This document shows, in pieces, positions 41,301-56,300 of a stretch of 64,000 nucleotides of DNA. The notes under the pieces are model-generated. The model was not told the origin of the DNA and searched no databases. It worked only from the letters and a program-made list of their open reading frames with translations. Source of the stretch: Eledone cirrhosa (taxonomy: Eukaryota). Location of the stretch: contig OZ024741.1 of NCBI GenBank assembly GCA_964016885.1, positions 190,154,001 through 190,218,000 on the forward strand. The letters run 5' to 3'. The translations under genes and the position numbers were made by a program. How positions within the stretch are numbered: the first letter of the stretch is position 1; every line of letters begins with the position of its first letter.

Positions 41301-44300
41301 TAGACCACATGCTAAAGTCTAAATGGTCTGGTAGACAGTATGATAAAGCCTAAATGGCCTGGTAGATCGCATGCTAAAGTCTAAATAGCCTGGTAGACAA
41401 CACACTAAAGTCTAAATGGCCTGGTAGACCGCATGCTAAAGTCTAAATGGCCTGGTAGACAACACACTAAAGTCTAAATGGCCTGGTAGACCACATGCTA
41501 AAGTCTAAATGGCCTGGTAGACCGCATGCTAAAGTCTAAATGGCCTGGTAAATCGCATGCTAAAGTCTAAATAGCCTGGTAGACAACACACTAAAGTCTA
41601 AATGTCCTGGTAGACCGCATGCTAAAGTCTAAATGGCCTGGTAGACAACACACTGAAGTCTAAATGGCCTGGTAGACCGCATGCTAAAGTCTAAATGGCC
41701 TGGTAGAGCACACACTAAAGTCTAAATGGCCTGGTAGACAACACACTAAAGTCTAAATGGCATGGTAGACCACATGCTAAAGTCTAAATGGCCTGGTAGA
41801 GCACACACTAAAGTCTAAATGGCCTGGTAGACCGCATGCTAAAGTCTAAATGGCCTGGTAGAGCACACACTAAAGTCTAAATGGCCTGGTAGACCACATG
41901 CTAAAGTCTAAATGGTCTGGTAGACGGTATGCTAAAGTCTAAATGGCCTGGTAGACCACACACTAAAGTCTAAATAGCCTGGTAGACCACATGCTAAAGT
42001 GTAAATGGTCTGGTAGACCGCATGCTAAAGTCTAAATGGCCTGGTAGATCGCATGCTAAAGTCTAAATAGCCTGGTAGACAACACACTAAAGTCTAAATG
42101 GCCTGGTAGACCGCATGCTAAAGTCTAAATAGCCTGGTAGACAACACACTGAAGTCTAAATGGCCTGGTAGAGCGCATGCTAAAGTCTAAATAGCCTGGT
42201 AGACAACACACTAAAGTCTAAATGGCCTGGTAGACCGCATGCTAAAGTCTAAATAGCCTGGTAGACAACACACTAAAGTCTAAATGGCCTGGTAGACCGC
42301 ATGCTAAAGTCTAAATAGCCTGGTAGACCACATGCTAAAGTCTAAATGGCCTGGTAGACCACACACTAAAGTCTAAATGGCCTGGTAGACCACACACTAA
42401 AGTCTAAATAGCCTGGTAGACCGCATGCTAAAGTCTAAATAGCCTGGTAGACCACATGCTAAAGTCTAAATGGCCTGGTAGACCGCATGTTAAAGTCTAA
42501 ATGGCCTGGTAGACCGCATGCTAAAGTATAAATGGCCTGGTAGATCACACACTAAAGTCTAAATAGCCTGGTAGACCACATGCTAAAGTCTAAATGGCCT
42601 GGTAGACCACATACTAAAGTCTAAATGGTCTGGTAGACAGTATGCTAAAGTCTAAGTGGCCTGGTAGAGCACATGCTAAAGTCTAAATGGTCTGGTAGAC
42701 AGTATGCTAAAGTCTAAATGGCCTGGTAGACCACATGCTAAAGTCTAAATGGTCTGGTAGACAGTATGCTAAAGTCTAAATGGCCTGGTAGACCACATGC
42801 TAAAGTCTAAATGGCCTGGTAGACCGCATGCTAAAGTCTAAATGGCCTGGTAAGCAACACACTAAAGTCTAAATGGCCTGGTAGACCACATGCTAAAGTC
42901 TAAATGGTCTGGTAGACAGTATGCTAAAGCCTAAATGGCCTGGCAGATCGCATGCTAAAGTCTAAATAGCCTGGTAGACAACACACTAAAGTCTAAATGG
43001 CCTGGTAGACCGCATGCTAAAGTCTAAATGGCCTGGTAGACCGCATGCTAAAGTCTAAATGGCCTGGTAGACAACACACTAAAGTCTAAATGGCCTGGTA
43101 GACCGCATGGTAAAGTCTAAATGGCCTGGTAGACAACACACTAAAGTCTAAATGGCCTGGTAGACCGCATGCTAAAGTCTAAATGGCCTGGTAGACCGCA
43201 TGCTAAAGTCTAAAAGGCCTGGTAGACAACACACTAAAGTCTAAATGGCCTGGTAGATCACATGCTAAAGTCTAAATGGTCTGGTAGACAGTATGCTAAA
43301 ACCTAAATGGCCTGGTAGATCGCATGCTGAAGTCTAAATAGCCTGGTAGACAACACACTAAAGTCTAAATGGCATGGTAGACCGCATGCTAAAGTCTAAA
43401 TGGCCTGGTAGACAACACACTAAAGTCTAAATGGCCTGGTAGACCACATGCTAAAGTCTAAATGGCCTGGTAGACCGCATGCTAAAGTCTAAATGGCCTG
43501 GTAGATCGCATGCTAAAGTCTAAATAGCCTGGTAGACAACACACTAAAGTCTAAATGTCCTGGTAGACCGCATGCTAAAGTCTAAATGGCCTGGTAGACA
43601 ACACACTAAAGTCTAAATGGCCTGGTAGACCGCATGCTAAAGTCTAAATGGCATGGTAGAGCACACACTAAAGTTTAAATGGCCTGGTAGACCGCATGCT
43701 AAAGTCTAAATGGCCTGGTAGAGCACACACTAAAGTCTAAATGGCCTGGTAGACCACATGCTAAAGTCTAAATGGTCTGGTAGACGGTATGCTAAAGTCT
43801 AAATGGCCTGGTAGCCCACACACTAAAGTCTAAATAGCCTGGTAGACCACATGCTAAAGTGTAAATGGTCTGGTAGACCGCATGCTAAAGTCTAAATGGC
43901 CTGGTAGACCGCATGCTAAAGTCTAAAAGGCCTGGTAGACAACACACTAAAGTCTAAATGGTCTGGTAGACCGCATGCTAACTCTAAATGGCCTGGTAGA
44001 CAACACACTAAAGTCTAAATAGCCTGGTAGACCACATGCTAAAGTCTAAATGGTCTGGTAGACAGTATGCTAAAGCGTAAATGGCCTGGTAGATCGCATG
44101 CTAAAGTCTAAATAGCCTGGTAGACAACACACTAAAGTCTAAATGGCCTGGTAGACCGCATGCTAAAGTCTAAATGGCCTGGTAGACAACACACTAAAGT
44201 CTAAATGGCCTGGTAGACCACATGCTAAAGTCTAAATGGCCTGGTAGACCGCATGCTAAAGTCTAAATGGCCTGGTAGATCGCATGCTAAAGTCTAAATA

Positions 44301-47300
44301 GCCTGGTAGACAACACACTAAAGTCTAAATGTCCTGGTAGACCGCATGCTAAAGTCTAAATGGCCTGGTAGACAACACACTAAAGTTTAAATGGCCTGGT
44401 AGACCGCATGCTAAAGTCTAAATAGCCTGGTAGAGCACACACTAAAGTCTAAATGGCCTGGTAGACAACACACTAAAGTCTAAATGGCATGGTAGACCAC
44501 ATGCTAAAGTCTAAATGGCCTGGTAGAGCACACACTAAAGTCTAAATGGCCTGGTAGACCGCTTGCTAAAGTCTAAATGGCCTGGTAGAGCACACACTAA
44601 AGTCTAAATGGCCTGGTAGACCACATGCTAAAGTCTAAATGGTCTGGTAGACGGTATGCTAAAGTCTAAATGGCCTGGTAGACCACACACTAAAGTCTAA
44701 ATAGCCTGGTAGACCACATGCTAAAGTGTAAATGGTCTGGTAGACCGCATGCTAAAGTCTAAATGGCCTGGTAGATCGCATGCTAAAGTCTAAATAGCCT
44801 GGTAGACAACACACTAAAGTCTAAATGGCCTGGTAGACCGCATGCTAAAGTCTAAATAGCCTGGTAGACAACACACTAAAGTCTAAATGGCCTGGTAGAG
44901 CGCATGCTAAAGTCTAAATAGCCTGGTAGACAACACACTAAAGTCTAAATGGCCTGGTAGACCGCATGCTAAAGTCTAAATAGCCTGGTAGACAACACAC
45001 TAAAGTCTAAATGGCCTGGTAGACCGCATGCTAAAGTCTAAATAGCCTGGTAGATCACATGCTAAAGTCTAAATGGCCTGGTAGACCACACACTAAAGTC
45101 TAAATGGCCTGGTAGACCACACACTAAAGTCTAAATAGCCTGGTAGACCGCATGCTAAAGTCTAAATAGCCTGGTAGACCACATGCTAAAGTCTAAATGG
45201 CCTGGTAGACCGCATGTTAAAGTCTAAATGGCCTGGTAGACCGCATGCTAAAGTATAAATGGCCTGGTAGATCACACACTAAAGTCTAAATAGCCTGGTA
45301 GACCACATGCTAAAGTCTAAATGGCCTGGTAGACCACATACTAAAGTCTAAATGGTCTGGTAGACAGTATGCTAAAGTCTAAATGGCCTGGTAGAGCACA
45401 TGCTAAAGTCTAAATGGTCTGGTAGACAGTATGCTAAAGTCTAAATGGCCTGGTAGACCACATGCTAAAGTCTAAATGGTCTGGTAGACAGTATGCTAAA
45501 GTCTAAATGGCCTGGTAGACCACATGCTAAAGTCTAAATGGCCTGGTAGACCGCATGCTAAAGTCTAAATGGCCTGGTAAGCAACACACTAAAGTCTAAA
45601 TGGCCTGGTAGACCACATGCTAAAGTCTAAATGGTCTGGTAGACAGTATGCTAAAGCCTAAATGGCCTGGCAGATCGCATGCTAAAGTCTAAATAGCCTG
45701 GTAGACAACACACTAAAGTCTAAATGGCCTGGTAGACCGCATGCTAAAGTCTAAATGGCCTGGTAGACCACATGCTAAAGTCTAAATGGCCTGGTAGACA
45801 ACACACTAAAGTCTAAATGGCCTGGTACACCGCATGCTAAAGTCTAAATGGCCTGGTAGACAACACACTAAAGTCTAAATGGCCTGGTAGACCGCATGCT
45901 AAAGTCTAAATGGCCTGGTAGACCGCATGCTAAAGTCTAAAAGGCCTGGTAGACAACACACTAAAGACTAAATGGCCTGGTAGATCACATGCTAAAGTCT
46001 AAATGGTCTGGTACACAGTATGCTAAAGCCTAAATGGCCTGGTAGATCGCATGCTGAAGTCTAAATAGCCTGGTAGACAACACACTAAAGTCTAAATGGC
46101 ATGGTAGACCGCATGCTAAAGTCTAAATGGCCTGGTAGACAACACACTAAAGTCTAAATGGCCTGGTAGACCACATGCTAAAGTCTAAATGGCCTGGTAG
46201 ACCGCATGCTAAAGTCTAAATGGCCTGGTAGATCGCATGCTAAAGTCTAAATAGCCTGGTAGACAACACACTAAAGTCTAAATGTCCTGGTAGACCGCAT
46301 GCTAAAGTCTAAATGGCCTGGTAGACAACACACTAAAGTCTAAATGGCCTGGTAGACCGCATGCTAAAGTCTAAATGGCATGGTAGAGCACACACTAAAG
46401 TTTAAATGGCCTGGTAGACCGCATGCTAAAGTCTAAATGGCCTGGTAGAGCACACACTAAAGTCTAAATGGCCTGGTAGACCACATGCTAAAGTCTAAAT
46501 GGTCTGGTAGACGGTATGCTAAAGTCTAAATGGCCTGGTAGACCACACACTAAAGTCTAAATAGCCTGGTAGACCACATGCTAAAGTGTAAATGGTCTGG
46601 TAGACCGCATGCTAAAGTCTAAATGGCCTGGTAGATCGCATGCTAAAGTCTAAATAGCCTGGTAGACAACACACTAAAGTCTAAATGGCCTGGTAGAGCG
46701 CATGCTAAAGTCTAAATAGCCTGGTAGACAACACACTAAAGTCTAAATGGCCTGGTAGACCGCATGCTAAAGTCTAAATAGCCTGGTAGACAACACACTA
46801 AAGTCTAAATGGCCTGGTAGACCGCATGCTAAAGTCTAAATAGCCTGGTAGACCACATGCTAAAGTCTAAATGGCCCGGTAGACCACACACTAAAGTCTA
46901 AATGGCCTGGTAGACCACACACTAAAGTCTAAATAGCCCGGTAGACAGCATGCTAAAGTCTAAATAGCCTGGTAGACCACATGCTAAAGTCTAAATGGCC
47001 TGGTAGACCGCATCTTAAAGTCTAAATGGCCTGGTAGACCGCATGCTAAAGTATAAATGGCCTGGTAGACCACACACTAAAGTCTAAATAGCCTGGTAGA
47101 CCACATGCTAAAGTCTAAATGGCCTGGTAGACCACATACTAAAGTCTAAATTGTCTGGTAGACAGTATGCTAAAGTATAAATGTCCTGGTAGAGCACATG
47201 CTAAAGTCTAAATGGTCTGGTAGACAGTATGCTAAAGCCTAAATGGCCTGGTAGACCACATGCTAAAGTCTAAATGGTCTGGTAGACAGTATGCTAAAGT

Positions 47301-50300
47301 CTAAATGGCCTGGTAGACCACATGCTAAAGTCTAAATGGCCTGGTAGACCACATGCTAAAGTGTAAATGGTCTGGTAGACCACACACTAAAGTCTAAATG
47401 GCCTGGTAGACCGCATGTTAAAGTGTAAATGGCCTGCTAGATCGCATGCTAAAGTCTAAATAGCCTGGTAGACAACACACTAAAGTCTAAATGGCCTGGT
47501 AGACCGCATGCTAAAGTCTAAATGGCCTGGTAGACAACACACTAAAGTCTAAATGGCCTGGTAGACCACATGCTAAAGTCTAAATGGCCTCGTAGACCAC
47601 ATGCTAAAGTGTAAATGGTCTGGTAGACCACACACTAAAGTCTAAATGGCCTGGTAGACCGCATGCTAAAGTCTAAATGGCCTGGTAGACAACACACTAA
47701 AGCCTAAATGGTCTGGTAGACCGCATGCTAAAGTCTAAATGGCCTGGTAGACAACACACTAAAGTCTAAATGGCCTGGTAGACCGCATGCTAAAGTCTAA
47801 ATGGCCTGGTAGATCGCATGCTAAAGTCTAAGTGGCCTGGTAGACAACACACTAAAGTCTAAATGGCCTGGTAGACCGCATGCTAAAGTCTAAATGGCCT
47901 GGTAAGCAACACACTAAAGTCTAAATGGCCTGGTAGACCACATGCTAAAGTCTAAATGGTCTGGTAGACAGTATGCTAAAGCCTAAATGGCCTGGTAGAT
48001 CGCATGCTAAAGTCTAAATGGCCTGGTAGACAACACACTAAAGTCTAAATGGCCTGGTAGACCGCATGCTAAAGTCTAAATGGCCTGGTAGACCGCATGC
48101 TAAAGTCTAAAAGGCCTGGTAGACAACACACTAAAGTCTAAATGGTCTGGTAGACCGCATGCTAAAGTCAAAATGGCCTGGTAGACAACACACTAAAGTC
48201 TAAATGGCCTGGTAGACCACATGCTAAAGTCTAAATGGTCTGGTAGACAGTATGCTAAAGCCTAAATGGCCTGGTAGATCGCATGCTAAAGTCTAAATAG
48301 CCTGGAAGACAACACACTAAAGTCTAAATGGTCTGGTAGACCGCATGCTAAAGTCTAAATGGCCTGGTAGACAACACACTAAAGTCTAAATGGCCTGGTA
48401 GACCACATGCTAAAGTCTAAATGGCCTGGTAGACCGCATCTTAAAGTCTAAATGGCCTGGTAGACCGCATGCTAAAGTATAAATGGCCTGGTAGACCACA
48501 CACTAAAGTCTAAATAGCCTGGTAGACCACATGCTAAAGTCTAAATGGCCTGGTAGACCACATACTAAAGTCTAAATTGTCTGGTAGACAGTATGCTAAA
48601 GTATAAATGTCCTGGTAGAGCACATGCTAAAGTCTAAATGGTCTGGTAGACAGTATGCTAAAGCCTAAATGGCCTGGTAGACCACATGCTAAAGTCTAAA
48701 TGGTCTGGTAGACAGTATGCTAAAGTCTAAATGGCCTGGTAGACCACATGCTAAAGTCTAAATGGCCTGGTAGACCACATGCTAAAGTGTAAATGGTCTG
48801 GTAGACCACACACTAAAGTCTAAATGGCCTGGTAGACCGCATGTTAAAGTGTAAATGGCCTGGTAGATCGCATGCTAAAGTCTAAATAGCCTGGTAGACA
48901 ACACACTAAAGTCTAAATGGCCTGGTAGACCGCATGCTAAAGTCTAAATGGCCTGGTAGACAACACACTAAAGTCTAAATGGCCTGGTAGACCACATGCT
49001 AAAGTCTAAATGGCCTCGTAGACCACATGCTAAAGTGTAAATGGTCTGGTAGACCACACACTAAAGTCTAAATGGCCTGGTAGACCGCATGCTAAAGTCT
49101 AAATGGCCTGGTAGACAACACACTAAAGCCTAAATGGTCTGGTAGACCGCATGCTAAAGTCTAAATGGCCTGGTAGACAACACACTAAAGTCTAAATGGC
49201 CTGGTAGACCGCATGCTAAAGTCTAAATGGCCTGGTAGATCGCATGCTAAAGTCTAAGTGGCCTGGTAGACAACACACTAAAGTCTAAATGGCCTGGTAG
49301 ACCGCATGCTAAAGTCTAAATGGCCTGGTAAGCAACACACTAAAGTCTAAATGGCCTGGTAGACCACATGCTAAAGTCTAAATGGTCTGGTAGACAGTAT
49401 GCTAAAGCCTAAATGGCCTGGTAGATCGCATGCTAAAGTCTAAATGGCCTGGTAGACAACACACTAAAGTCTAAATGGCCTGGTAGACCGCATGCTAAAG
49501 TCTAAATGGCCTGGTAGACCGCATGCTAAAGTCTAAAAGGCCTGGTAGACAACACACTAAAGTCTAAATGGTCTGGTAGACCGCATGCTAAAGTCAAAAT
49601 GGCCTGGTAGACAACACACTAAAGTCTAAATGGCCTGGTAGACCACATGCTAAAGTCTAAATGGTCTGGTAGACAGTATGCTAAAGCCTAAATGGCCTGG
49701 TAGATCGCATGCTAAAGTCTAAATAGCCTGGAAGACAACACACTAAAGTCTAAATGGTCTGGTAGACCGCATGCTAAAGTCTAAATGGCCTGGTAGACAA
49801 CACACTAAAGTCTAAATGGCCTGGTAGACCACATGCTAAAGTCTAAATGGCCTGGTAGACCACATGCTAAAGTGTAAATGGTCTGGTAGACCACACACTA
49901 AAGTCTAAATGGCCTGGTAGACCGCATGCTAAAGTCTAAATGGCCTGGTAGACAACACACTAAAGCCTAAATGGTCTGGTAGACCGCATGCTAAAGTCTA
50001 AATGGCCTGGTAGACAACACACTAAAGTCTAAATGGCCTGGTAGACCGCATGCTAAAGTCTAAATGGCCTGGTAGATCGCATGCTAAAGTCTAAATGGCC
50101 TGGTAGACAACACACTAAAGTCTAAATGGCCTGGTAGACCGCATGCTAAAGTCTAAATGGCCTGGTAGACAACACACTAAAGTCTAAATGGCCTGGTAGA
50201 CCGCATGCTAAAGTCTAAATGGCCTGGTAGACAACACACTAAAGTCTAAATGGTCTGGCAGACTGCATGCTAAAGTCTAAATGGCCTGGTAGACAACAAA

Positions 50301-53300
50301 CTAAAGTCTAAATGGCCTGGTAGACCGCATGCTAAAGTCTAAATGGCCTGGTAAGCAACACACTAAAGTCTAAATGGCCTGGTAGACCATATGCTAAAGT
50401 CTAAATGGTCTGGTAGACAGTATGCTAAAGCCTAAATGGCCTGGTAGATCGCATGCTAAAGTCTAAATAGCCTGGTAGACAACACACTAAAGTCTAAATG
50501 GCCTGGTAGACCGCATGCTAAAGTCTAAATGGCCTGGTAGACAACACACTAAAGTCTAAATGGCCTGGTAGACCGCATGCTAAAGTCTAAATGGCCTGGT
50601 AGACCGCATGCTAAAGTCTAAAAGGCCTGGTAGACAACACACTAAAGTCTAAATGGTCTGGTAGACCGCATGCTAAAGTCTAAATGGCCTGGTAGACCAC
50701 ACACTAAAGTCTAAATAGCCTGGTAGACCACATGCTAAAGTGTAAATGGTCTGGTAGACCGCATGCTAAAGTCTAAATGGCCTGGTAGATCGCATGCTAA
50801 AGTCTAAATAGCCTGGTAGACAACACACTAAAGTCTAAATGGCCTGGTAGACCGCATGCTAAAGTCTAAATAGCCTGGTAGACAACACACTAAAGTCTAA
50901 ATGGCCTGGTAGAGCGCATGCTAAAGTCTAAATAGCCTGGTAGACAACACACTAAAGTCTAAATGGCCTGGTAGACCGCATGCTAAAGTCTAAATAGCCT
51001 GGTAGACAACACACTAAAGTCTAAATGGCCTGGTAGACCGCATGCTAAAGTCTAAATAGCCTGGTAGATCACATGCTAAAGTCTAAATGGCCTGGTAGAC
51101 CACACACTAAAGTCTAAATGGCCTGGTAGACCACACACTAAAGTCTAAATAGCCTGGTAGACCGCATGGTAAAGTCTAAATAGCCTGGTAGACCACATGC
51201 TAAAGTCTAAATGGCCTGGTAGACCGCATGTTAAAGTCTAAATGGCCTGGTAGACCGCATGCTAAAGTATAAATGGCCTGGTAGATCACACACTAAAGTC
51301 TAAATAGCCTGGTAGACCACATGCTAAAGTCTAAATGGCCTGGTAGACCACATACTAAAGTCTAAATGGTCTGGTAGACAGTATGCTAAAGTCTAAATGG
51401 CCTGGTAGAGCACATGCTAAAGTCTAAATGGTCTGGTAGACAGTATGCTAAAGTCTAAATGGCCTGGTAGACCACATGCTAAAGTCTAAATGGTCTGGTA
51501 GACAGTATGCTAAAGTCTAAATGGCCTGGTAGACCACATGCTAAAGTCTAAATGGCCTGGTAGACCGCATGCTAAAGTCTAAATGGCCTGGTAAGCAACA
51601 CACTAAAGTCTAAATGGCCTGGTAGACCACATGCTAAAGTCTAAATGGTCTGGTAGACAGTATGCTAAAGCCTAAATGGCCTGGCAGATCGCATGCTAAA
51701 GTCTAAATAGCCTGGTAGACAACACACTAAAGTCTAAATGGCCTGGTAGACCGCATGCTAAAGTCTAAATGGCCTGGTAGACCGCATGCTAAAGTCTAAA
51801 TGGCCTGGTAGACAACACACTAAAGTCTAAATGGCCTGGTAGACCGCATGCTAAAGTCTAAATGGCCTGGTAGACAACACACTAAAGTCTAAATGGCCTG
51901 GTAGACCGCATGCTAAAGTCTAAATGGCCTGGTAGACCGCATGCTAATGTCTAAAAGGCCTGGTAGACAACACACTAAAGTCTAAATGGCCTGGTAGATC
52001 ACATGCTAAAGTCTAAATGGTCTGGTACACAGTATGCTAAAGCCTAAATGGCCTGGTAGATCGCATGCTGAAGTCTAAATAGCCTGGTAGACAACACACT
52101 AAAGTCTAAATGGCATGGTAGACCGCATGCTAAAGTCTAAATGGCCTGGTAGACAACACACTAAAGTCTAAATGGCCTGGTAGACCACATGCTAAAGTCT
52201 AAATGGCCTGGTAGACCGCATGCTAAAGTCTAAATGGCCTGGTAGATCGCATGCTAAAGTCTAAATAGCCTGGTAGACAACACACTAAAGTCTAAATGTC
52301 CTGGTAGACCGCATGCTAAAGTCTAAATGGCCTGGTAGACAACACACTAAAGTCTAAATGGCCTGGTAGACCGCATGCTAAAGTCTAAATGGCATGGTAG
52401 AGCACACACTAAAGTTTAAATGGCCTGGTAGACCGCATGCTAAAGTCTAAATGGCCTGGTAGAGCACACACTAAAGTCTAAATGGCCTGGTAGACCACAT
52501 GCTAAAGTCTAAATGGTCTGGTAGACGGTATGCTAAAGTCTAAATGGCCTGGTAGACCACACACTAAAGTCTAAATAGCCTGGTAGACCACATGCTAAAG
52601 TGTAAATGGTCTGGTAGACCGCATGCTAAAGTCTAAATGGCCTGGTAGACCGCATGTTAAAGTCTAAATAGCCTGGTAGACAACACACTAAAGTCTAAAT
52701 GGCCTGGTAGACCGCATGCTAAAGTCTAAATAGCCTGGTAGACCACATGCTAAAGTCTAAATGGCCTGGTAGACCACACACTAAAGTCTAAATGGCCTGG
52801 TAGACCACACACTAAAGTCTAAATAGCCTGGTAGACCGCATGCTAAAGTCTAAATAGCCTGGTAGACCACATGCTAAAGTCTAAATGGCCTGGTAGACCG
52901 CATCTTAAAGTCTAAATGGCCTGGTAGACCGCATGCTAAAGTATAAATGGCCTGGTAGACCACACACTAAAGTCTAAATAGCCTGGTAGACCACATGCTA
53001 AAGTCTAAATGGCCTGGTAGACCACATACTAAAGTCTAAATGGTCTGGTAGACAGTATGCTAAAGTCTAAATGGCCTGGTAGAGCACATGCTAAAGTCTA
53101 AATGGTCTGGTAGACAGTATGCTAAAGTCTAAATGGCCTGGTAGAGCACATGCTAAAGTCTAAATGGTCTGGTAGACAGTATGCTAAAGTCTAAATGGCC
53201 TGGTAGACCACATGCTAAAGTCTAAATGGCCTGGTAGACCACATGCTAAAGTGTAAATGGTCTGGTAGATCACACACTAAAGTCTAAATGGCCTGGTAGA

Positions 53301-56300
53301 CCGCATGTTAAAGTGTAATTGGCCTGGTAGATCGCATGCTAAAGTCTAAATAGCCTGGTAGACAACACACTAAAGTCTAAATGGCCTGGTAGACCGCATG
53401 CTAAAGTCTAAATGGCCTGGTAGACAACACACTAAAGTCTAAATGGCCTGGTAGACCACATGCTAAAGTCTAAATGGCTTGGTAGACCACATGCTAAAGT
53501 GTAAATGGTCTGGTAGACCACACACTAAAGTCTAAATGGCCTGGTAGACCGCATGCTAAATTCTAAATGGCCTGGTAGACAACACACTAAAGCCTAAATG
53601 GTCTGGTAGACCGCATGCTAAAGTCTAAATGGCCTGGTAGACAACACACTAAAGTCTAAATGGCCTGGTAGACCGCATGCTAAAGTCTAAATGGCCTGGT
53701 AGATCGCATGCTAAAGTCTAAATGGCCTGGTAGACAACACACTAAAGTCTAAATGGCCTGGTAGACCGCATGCTAAAGTCTAAATGGCCTGGTAGACAAC
53801 ACACTAAAGTCTAAATTGCCTGGTAGACCGCATGCTAAAGTCTAAATGGCCTGGTAGACAACACACTAAAGTCTAAATGGTCTGGTAGACCGCATGCTAA
53901 AGTCTAAATGGCCTGGTAGACAACACACTAAAGTCTAAATGGCCTGGTAGACCGCATGCTAAAGTCTAAATGGCCTGGTAAGCAACACACTAAAGTCTAA
54001 ATGGCCTGGTAGACCACATGCTAAAGTCTAAATGGTCTGGTAGACAGTATGCTAAAGCCTAAATGGCCTGGTAGATCGCATGCTAAAGTCTAAATGGCCT
54101 GGTAGACAACACACTAAAGTCTAAATGGCCTGGTAGACCGCATGCTAAAGTCTAAATGGCCTGGTAGACCGCATGCTAAAGTCTAAAAGGCCTGGTAGAC
54201 AACACACTAAAGTCTAAATGGTCTGGTATACCGCATGCTAAAGTCAAAATGGCCTGGTAGACAACACACTAAAGTCTAAATGGCCTGGTAGACCACATGC
54301 TAAAGTCTAAATGGTCTGGTAGACAGTATGCTAAAGCCTAAATGGCCTGGTAGATCGCATGCTAAAGTCTAAATAGCCTGGTAGACAACACAAAGTCTAA
54401 ATGGTCTGGTAGACCGCATGCTAAAGTCTAAATGGCCTGGTAGACAACACACTAAAGTCTAAATGGCCTGGTAGACCACATGCTAAAGTCTAAATGGCCT
54501 GGTAGACCACATGCTAAAGTGTAAATGGTCTGGTAGACCACACACTAAAGTCTAAATGGCCTGGTAGACCGCATGCTAAAGTCTAAATGGCCTGGTAGAC
54601 AACACACTAAAGCCTAAATGGTCTGGTAGACCGCATGCTAAAGTCTAAATGGCCTGGTAGACAACACACTAAAGTCTAAATGGCCTGGTAGACCGCATGC
54701 TAAAGTCTAAATGGCCTGGTAGATCGCATGCTAAAGTCTAAATGGCCTGGTAGACAACACACTAAAGTCTAAATGGCCTGGTAGACCGCATGCTAAAGTC
54801 TAAATGGCCTGGTAGACAACACACTAAAGTCTAAATGGCCTGGTAGACCGCATGCTAAAGTCTAAATGGCCTGGTAGACAACACACTAAAGTCTAAATGG
54901 TCTGGCAGACTGCATGCTAAAGTCTAAATGGCCTGGTAGACAACAAACTAAAGTCTAAATGGCCTGGTAGACCGCATGCTAAAGTCTAAATGGCCTGGTA
55001 AGCAACACACTAAAGTCTAAATGGCCTGGTAGACCATATGCTAAAGTCTAAATGGTCTGGTAGACAGTATGCTAAAGCCTAAATGGCCTGGTAGATCGCA
55101 TGCTAAAGTCTAAATAGCCTGGTAGACAACACACTAAAGTCTAAATGGCCTGGTAGACCGCATGCTAAAGTCTAAATGGCCTGGTAGACAACACACTAAA
55201 GTCTAAATGGCCTGGTAGACCGCATGCTAAAGTCTAAATGGCCTGGTAGACCGCATGCTAAAGTCTAAAAGGCCTGGTAGACAACACACTAAAGTCTAAA
55301 TGGTCTGGTAGACCGCATGCTAAAGTCTAAATGGCCTGGTAGACAACACACTAAAGTCTAAATGGCCTGGTAGACCACATGCTAAAGTCTAAATGGCCTG
55401 GTAGACCGCATGCTAAAGTCTAAATGGCCTGGTAGATCGCATGCCAAAGTCTAAATAGCCTGGTAGACAACACACTAAAGTCTAAATGGCCTGGTAGACC
55501 GCATGCTAAAGTCTAAATGGCCTGGTAGAGCACACACTAAAGTCTAAATGGCCTGGTAGACAACACACTAAAGTCTAAATGGCATGGTAGACCACATGCT
55601 AAAGTCTAAATGGCCTGGTAGAGCACACACTAAAGTCTAAATGGCCTGGTAGACCGCATGCTAAAGTCTAAATGGCCTGGTAGACAACACACTAAAGTCT
55701 AAATGGCCTGGTAGACCGCATGCTAAAGTCTAAATGGCCTGGTAGACCGCATGCTAAAGTCTAAAAGGCCTGGTAGACAACACACTAAAGTCTAAATGGT
55801 CTGGTAGACCGCATGCTAAAGTCTAAATGGCCTGGTAGACAACACACTAAACTCTAAATAGCCTGGTAGACCACATGCTAAAGTCTAAATGGTCTGGTAG
55901 ACAGTATGATAAAGCCTAAATGGCCTGGTAGATCGCATGCTAAAGTCTAAATAGCCTGGTAGACAACACACTAAAGTCTAAATGGCCTGGTAGACCGCAT
56001 GCTAAAGTCTAAATGGCCTGGTAGACAACACACTAAAGTCTAAATGGCCTGGTAGACCACATGCTAAAGTCTAAATGGCCTGGTAGACCGCATGCTAAAG
56101 TCTAAATGGCCTGGTAGATCGCATGCTAAAGTCTAAATAGCCTGGTAGACAACACACTAAAGTCTAAATGTCCTGGTAGACCGCATGCTAAAGTCTAAAT
56201 GGCCTGGTAGACAACACACTGAAGTCTAAATGGCCTGGTAGACCGCATGCTAAAGTCTAAATGGCCTGGTAGAGCACACACTAAAGTCTAAATGGCCTGG

